This document shows, piece by piece, positions 57,100 to 64,000 of a DNA stretch of 64,000 bases. Every line of letters starts with the position of its first letter. Within the stretch, counting starts at the first letter, position 1. Made by a program: the position numbers and the translations under genes. The DNA comes from the human T2T-CHM13v2.0 reference genome, Homo sapiens. A model generated the notes under the pieces. The model saw only the letters and a list, made by a program, of their open reading frames with translations, ran no database searches and was not told the DNA's origin. The stretch lies in the NCBI RefSeq assembly GCF_009914755.1, contig NC_060948.1. One strand, written 5' to 3'.

Positions 57100-60000
57100 G
57101 TCCTTGAATTAAATGGACTGGAATGGAATGGACTCGAACAGAGTGGAATGGAAAGTGTTGAGATAGAATGGAATGGACTCCTTTGGAATGGTGTAGTATG
57201 CAATGCAATCGACTGGCAGGGAATCAAAAGGAATGTAATGGAATGGATTGGACTGGAATGCAATGGACTCGAATAGATTGGAAACGGAATGCAAAGGAAT
57301 GGAATGGAATAGTATGGAATGGAATGGAAAGGAATGGAGTGGAATAGACTAGAGTGGAATGGAATGGACTGGAAAGCAATGGACTGGAATGGAACTTTCT
57401 TGAATGGACTGGAATCAAACGGAATGGAATGCAATGCAATCAAATGGCATGGAATAAAATAGAATGAAAGAGAATCAAATGGAATTGAATCGAATGGAAT
57501 CGAATGGATTGGAAAGGAATAGAATGGAATGGAATGGAATTGACTAGAATGGAATGGATTCGAATGGAAGGCAAAGGAATGGAATCTATTGGAATGGACT
57601 GTAATGGAATGGAATGGAAGGGATTGGAATGGATTCGAATGGAATGGACTGCAATAGAAAGGATTCGAATGGAATGAAAAAGAATTGAATGGAATAGAAC
57701 AGAATGGAATCAAATCGAATGAAATGGAATGGAATAGAAAGGAATGGAATGAAATGGAATGGAAAGGATTCGAATGGAATGCAATCGAATGGAATGGAAT
57801 CGAACGGAATGGAATAAAATGAAGAAAACTGGCAAGAAATGGAATCGAAATGAATGGAGTGTTATGGAACGGACTCAAAAGGAATTGAATGTAATAGAAT
57901 GGAGTGGAGTGGACTCGAATATAATGGACTGGAATGGAATGAAATCACATGGAATGGGAACGAATGGAATGGAATGGAAAGGAATGGAATCGAATGGAAA
58001 GGAAACGAACGGAAGGGAATGAAATTGAATCAACAGGAATGGAAGGCAATACAATAGACGGTAATGGAATGGACTCGAATAGAATGGACACGAATGCTGA
58101 AATCGAATGGACTCGAATGGAATGGAAACGAAAGGAATGTCATCGAATGGAATTGAATCGATTGGAATGAAATCGCATAGAATGGAGTGGAATCAAATGG
58201 AATTGAATCGAAAGGAAAGGAAGCGAATGGACTGAAATGAAATGGAATGGAATTGAATGGAAAGTAATGCAATGGAATAGAATGGAACGAAATTTCACGG
58301 AATGGAATCAAACTGAATGGAATCAAATCAATGGAATCAAATCAAATGGAATGGAAAGGAATTGAATGGAGTAGATTGGATTGGATGGGATTGGAATGAA
58401 ATGTACTGGAAAGGACTCGAATTTCATGAAACGGAATGGAATGAATTGGAACGGAATGGACTCGAATGGAATGGAATGTCATGGAATGGCATCAAATGGA
58501 ATGGTATCAAATGGAATGGAATCGAATGCAATGGAATGCTATGGAATGGAATGGAATGCATTGGAATGGAATGTCCTCTAATGGAATGGATCCGAGTGGA
58601 ATGGAATCGAATATAATGGAGTCGAATGAAATGGAATTGAAAGGAATGGGATCGAATACAATGGAATATACTGGAATGTAATGTAATGAACTCGAATGTA
58701 ATTGACTGGAATGGAATGTACATGAATGGAATGTAATCGAATGGAAAGTAATCCAATGGAATAGAATCTAATGCAATAAAATCGACTCAGATAGAGTAGA
58801 ATGTAATGGAATGGAGTGTAGTGCAATGGAATGGAATGGAATGGAATGCAATTGAATGGAATGGAATGGAATGGAATGGAATGGGATGGAATGGTATGGA
58901 ATGGATAGTAATGGACTGGAGTGAAATGGACTGGAAAGGAATGGACTCAAATTGAAAGGGCTCGAAAGGAATGGAGTCAAATGGAATGGTCTGGAATGGA
59001 ATGAACACGAATGTAATGCAATCCGATAGAATGGAATCGAATGGCATGGAATATAAAGAAATGGAATCGAAGAGAATGGAAACAAATGGAATGGAATTGA
59101 ATGGAATGGAATTGAATGGAATGCGAACGAATGGAGTGAAATTGTATGCAGTAGAAGGGAATAGAATGGAATGCAAGCGAAAGGAAAGGAATGGATTGGA
59201 ATGGAATGGAATTCATTGGAATGGAAGGGAATGTAGTGTAATGGACAGGCCTGGAATAAAGTGGAATGCTACGGTCTCGAATGGAATAAAAATGTATGGA
59301 ATGGAATGCAATGAAACGGAATCGAATGTCATAGAATGTAATGGAATGCAAAAAAATGGAATCCAAAATCATTGACTGGAAAGGCTGGGTGTCGAAAGGA
59401 ATTGACTCCAATGGAATGGAATCGAATGGAATGGAAGTGAATAGAATCGAACTAAATCGAATGGAATGGAATTGATAGGAACGGAATGGAAAGGAATGCA
59501 ATGATTTGGCATGGAATGGAATCGAATGGCATCGAATGGAATGGAATGGAATGCAATGGAATGGAATGTATTAGAATGTAATGAACATTAATGGAATGTA
59601 CTCGAATGGATTCGACTGGAATGGAATGTTCTGGAAGTGAATGGACTCCAATGGAATGGATTCAAAAGGAATGGAATCGTACGGAATGGAATCTAATGGA
59701 ATGGAATTAAATGGAAATGAATCAAATTGAATAGCACGGAATTGAATTGAATGGAATCGAATGCAATGGAATCTAATGAAACGGAAAGGAAAGGAATGGA
59801 ATGGAATGGAATGGGCTGGAATGGAAAGGAATCGAAACGAATGGAATGGAATCGAACTGAAGAGACTGGAATGGAATGCACTGGAATGGAAGGGAGTGTA
59901 ATGGAAGGTTCTCGAAAAAAATGGAATCGAATGGAATGGAATTGAATGGAACGGAATAGAGTCGAATGGAATTGAATGGAATGGAATGGACTAGAGTGAA

Positions 60001-60637
60001 ATGGAATCGAACCACAAGGAATGGACAGGAATAGAATGGTCTCGAATTGAATGGAATCGTATGGAATGGCATCAAAAGGAATGGAATGGACAGCCACGGA
60101 ATGGAATGCACTCGAATGCAATGGAGTCGAAACTAATGGACTGGAATAGAATGGACTCGACTGGTACGGACTCCAATGGAATGGAATCGAATGGAAGGGA
60201 ATCGAACGGAATGGACTCGAAGGGAAAAGACTGCAATGGAAAGGTCTCGAATGGAATGGAAATTAATGGAATGGAATGGAATCGAATGAAATGGAGTCAA
60301 AAGGAATGGAATCGAATGGCAAGAAATCGAATGTAATGGAATCGCAAGGAATTGATGTGAACGGAACGGAATGGAATGGAATCCAAAGGAATGGAATAGA
60401 ATGGAATGGAATCGAATGGAAAGGACTCGAATGGAAATCACTCGAATAGAATGCAATTTATTAAAATAGGATCAAATGTAATGGAATGGAATGGAAAGGA
60501 ATCGAAACGAAAGGAATGGAGACAGATGGAATGGAATGGAACAGAGAGCAATGGTATAGAATGGAATGGAATCATCTGGAATGGAATTGAATGGAATTTA
60601 ATAATATGAAATGGAATGGAATGGAATGGAATGGAAT
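57100..60637 (-). repeat. DYZ1 unit U17 (3538 bp, shortest)
   Basis: Landmark is GTCCTT; 1-bp deletion at ~57820; GGATCC at 58588. Confidence 0.9.
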
Positions 60638-63600
60638 GTCCTTGAATTAAATGGACTGGAATGGAATGGACTCGAACGGAGTGGAATGGAAAGTGTTGAG
60701 ATAGAATGGAATGGACTCCTTTGGAATGGTGTAGTATGCAATGCAATCGACTGGCAGGGAATCAAAAGGAATGTAATGGAATGGATTGGACTGGAATGCA
60801 ATGGACTCGAATAGATTGGAAACGGAATGCAAAGGAATGGAATGGAATAGTATGGAATGGAATGGAAAGGAATGGAGTGGAATAGACTAGAGTGGAATGG
60901 AATGGACTGGAAAGCAATGGACTGGAATGGAACTTTCTTGAATGGACTGGAATCAAACGGAATGGAATGCAATGCAATCAAATGGCATGGAATAAAATAG
61001 AATGAAAGAGAATCAAATGGAATTGAATCGAATGGAATCGAATGGATTGGAAAGGAATAGAATGGAATGGAATGGAATGGACTAGAATGGAATGGATTCG
61101 AATGGAAGGCAAAGGAATGGAATCTATTGCAATGGACTGTAATGGAATGGAATGGAAGGGATTGGAATGGACTCGAATGGAATGGACTGCAATAGAAAGG
61201 ATTCGAATGGAATGAAAAAGAATTGAATGGAATAGAACAGAATGGAATCAAATCGAATGAAATGGAATGGAATAGAAAGGAATGGAATGAAATGGAATGG
61301 AAAGGATTCGAATGGAATGCAATCGAATGGAATGGAATCGAACGGAATGGAATAAAATGGAAGAAAACTGGCAAGAAATGGAATCGAAATGAATGGAGTG
61401 TTATGGAACGGACTCAAAAGGAATTGAATGTAATAGAATGCAGTGGAGTGGACTCGAATATAATGGACTGGAATGGAATGAAATCACATGGAATGGGAAC
61501 GAATGGAATGGAATGGAAAGGAATGGAATCGAATGGAAAGGAATCGAATGGAAGGGAATGCAATTGAATCAACAGGAATGGAAGGGAATAGAATAGACGG
61601 TAATGGAATGGACTCGAATAGAATGGACACGAATGCTCAAATTGAATGGACTCGAATGGAATGGAAACGAAAGGAATGTCATCGAATGGAATTGAATCGA
61701 TTGGAATGAAATCGCATAGAATGGAGTGGAATCAAATGGAATTGAATCGAAAGGAAAGGAAGCGAATGGACTGAAATGAAATGGAATGGAATTGAATGGA
61801 AAGTAATGCAATGGAATAGAATGGAACGAAATTTCACGGAATGGAATCAAACTGAATGGAATCAAATCAATGGAATCAAATCAAATGGAATGGAAAGGAA
61901 TTGAATGGAGTAGATTGGATTGGATGGGATTGGAATGAAATGTACTGGAAAGGACTCGAATTTCGTGAAACGGAATGGAATGAATTAGAACGGAATGGAC
62001 TCGAATGTAATGGAATGTCATGGAATGGCATCAAATGGAATGGCATCAAATGGAATGGAATAGAATGCAATGGAATGCTAAGGAATGGAATGGAATGCAT
62101 TGGAATGGAATGTCCTCTAATGGAATGGATTCGAGTGGAATGGAATCGAATATAATGGAGTCGAATGAAATGGAATTGGAAGGAATGGGATCGAATACAA
62201 TGGAATATACTGGAATGTAATGTAATGAACTTGAATGTAATTGACTGGAATGGAATGTACATGAATGGAATGTAATCGAATGGAAAGTAATCCAATGGAA
62301 TAGAATCTAATGCAATAAAATCGACTCAGATAGAGTAGAATGTAATGGAATGGAGTGCAGTGCAATGGAATGGAATGGAATGGAATGCAATGGAATGGAA
62401 TGGAATGGAATGGAATGGAATGGAATGGAATGGGATGGAATGGTATGGAATGGACAGTAATGGACTGGAGTGAAATGGACTGGAAAGGAATGGACTCAAA
62501 TTGAAAGGGCTCGAAAGGAATAGAGACAAATGGAATGGTCTGGAATGGAATGAACACGAATGTAATGCAATCCAATAGAATGGAATCGAATGGCATGGAA
62601 TATAAAGAAATGGAATCGAAGAGAATGGAAACAAATGGAATGGAATTGAATGGAATGGAATTGAATGGAATGGGAACGAATGGAGTGAAATTGTATGCAG
62701 TAGAAGGGAATAGAATGGAATGCAAGCGAAAGGAAAGGAATGGATTAGAATGGAATGGAATTCATTGGAATGGAAGGGAATGTAGTGTAATGGACAGGCC
62801 TGGAATAAAGTGGAATGCTACGGTCTCGAATGGAATAAAAATGTATGGAATGGAATGCAATGAAACGGAATCGAATGTGATAGAATGTAATGGAATGCAA
62901 CAAAATGGAATCCAAAATCATTGACTGGAAAGGCTGGGTGTCGAAAGGAATTGACTCCAATGGAATGGAATCGAATGGAATGGAAGTGAATAGAATCGAA
63001 CTAAATCGAATGGAATGGAATTGATAGGAACGGAATGGAAAGGAATGCAATGATTTGGCATGGAATGGAATCGAATGGCATCGAATGGAATGGAATGGAA
63101 TGCAATGGAATGAATGTATTAGAATGTAATGAACTTTAATGGAATGTACTCGAATGGATTCGACTGGAATGGAATGTTCTGGAAGTGAATGGACTCCAAT
63201 GGAATGGATTCAAAAGGAATGGAATCGTACGGAATGGAATCCAATGGGATGGAATTAAATGGAAATGAATCAAATTGAATAGCACGGAATTGAATTGAAT
63301 GGAATGGAATGCAATGGAATCTAATGAAACGGAAAGGAAAGGAATGGAATGGAATGGAATGGGCTGGAATGGAAAGGAATCGAAACGAATGGAATGGAAT
63401 CGAACTGAAGAGACTGGAATGGAATGCACTGGAATGGAAGGGAGTGTAATGGAAGGTTCTCGAAAAAAATGGAATCGAATGGAATGGAATTGAATGGAAC
63501 GGAATAGAGTCGAATGGAATTGAATGGAATGGAATGGACTAGAGTGAAATGGAATCGAACCAGAAGGAATGGACAGGAATAGAATGGTCTCGAATTGAAT

Positions 63601-64000
63601 GGAATCGTATGGAATGGCATCAAACGGAATGGAATGGACAGCCACGGAATGGAATGCACTCGAATGCAATGGAGTCGAAACTAATGGACTGGAATAGAAT
63701 GGACTCGACTGGTACGGACTCCAATGGAATGGAATCGAATGGAAGGGAATCGAACGGAATGGACTCGAAGGGAAAAGACTGCAATGGAAAGGTCTCGAAT
63801 GGAATGGAAATTAATGGAATGGAATGGAATCGAATGAAATGGAGTCAAAAGGAATGGAATCGAATGGCAAGAAATCGAATGTAATGGAATCGCAAGGAAT
63901 TGATGTGAACGGAACGGAATGGAATGGAATCCAAAGGAATGGAATAGAATGGAATGGAATCGAATGGAAAGGACTCGAATGGAAATCACTGGAATAGAAT
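60638..64000 (-). repeat. DYZ1 unit U18 (partial, runs off the window)
   Basis: Landmark is GTCCTT; many private SNPs; 1-bp deletion at ~63111. Confidence 0.9.

Larger units (their letters stand above)
1..64000 (-). repeat. DYZ1: Human satellite III (HSat3) DYZ1 array, Yq12 heterochromatin; ~18 tandem ~3.56 kb units of diverged GGAAT/ATTCC pentamers
   Basis: Seen: GGAAT pentamers throughout. The conserved GGCC site falls at 2179, 5733, 9306, 12880, 16428, 20007, 23561, 27139, 30708, 34280, 37842, 41431, 44970, 48548, 52132, 55710, 59248 and 62797 (spacing 3538-3589, mean ~3566), with GAATTC 39 bp upstream (e.g. 2140). Knowledge: DYZ1 is the 3.4-3.6 kb HaeIII/EcoRI male-specific repeat. The reverse complement from the HaeIII site (CCTGTCCATTACACTACATTCCCTTCCATTCCAATGAATTCC) matches the start of the DYZ1 monomer as I recall it, hence the - strand. 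Confidence 0.96.

Noticed and set aside
139-63989. Hundreds of ORFs (MEWNG.../HSIPF... repeats)
   Set aside because: These are translations of GGAAT/ATTCC, which has no stop codon in any frame. They are low-complexity, overlap on both strands, recur in every unit and show no recognisable domain.
1-64000. CRISPR-like repeat-spacer array or microbial system
   Set aside because: There are no unique spacers and no cas or other genes; this is eukaryotic satellite DNA
1-64000. Inversion, DYZ2/Alu/L1 insertion or HSat2 block
   Set aside because: GGAAT polarity never flips, no non-satellite stretch was seen, and the HSat2 GAATCATCATCGAAT pattern is absent

Overview
The whole 64 kb is one uninterrupted, single-orientation array of diverged (GGAAT)n pentamers organised into ~18 tandem copies (17 complete, 1 partial) of a ~3.56 kb unit. 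Each unit has a conserved HaeIII/StuI site (AGGCCT) with an EcoRI site 39 bp upstream. This matches human Y-chromosome Yq12 satellite DYZ1 (HSat3), with the GGAAT strand on +. I see no genes, RNA genes, transposons or DYZ2/Alu sequence, and the ORFs are artefacts of the pentamer. I cannot support a genuinely new biological system here. The signals worth following up are: (i) three perfect heat-shock elements per unit, one of them broken in 5 of 18 units; (ii) a patchwork of nested 1-, 2-, 3- and 6-unit duplications and recombinant units, revealed by shared variants; (iii) all four pentamer-phase breaks confined to ~1.1 kb of the unit; (iv) a bias towards 15-bp deletions; (v) more private variants in the units at both window ends. 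Units U1-U18 are numbered from the GCCCTTGAATT landmark. Variants were read by eye, not from an alignment.
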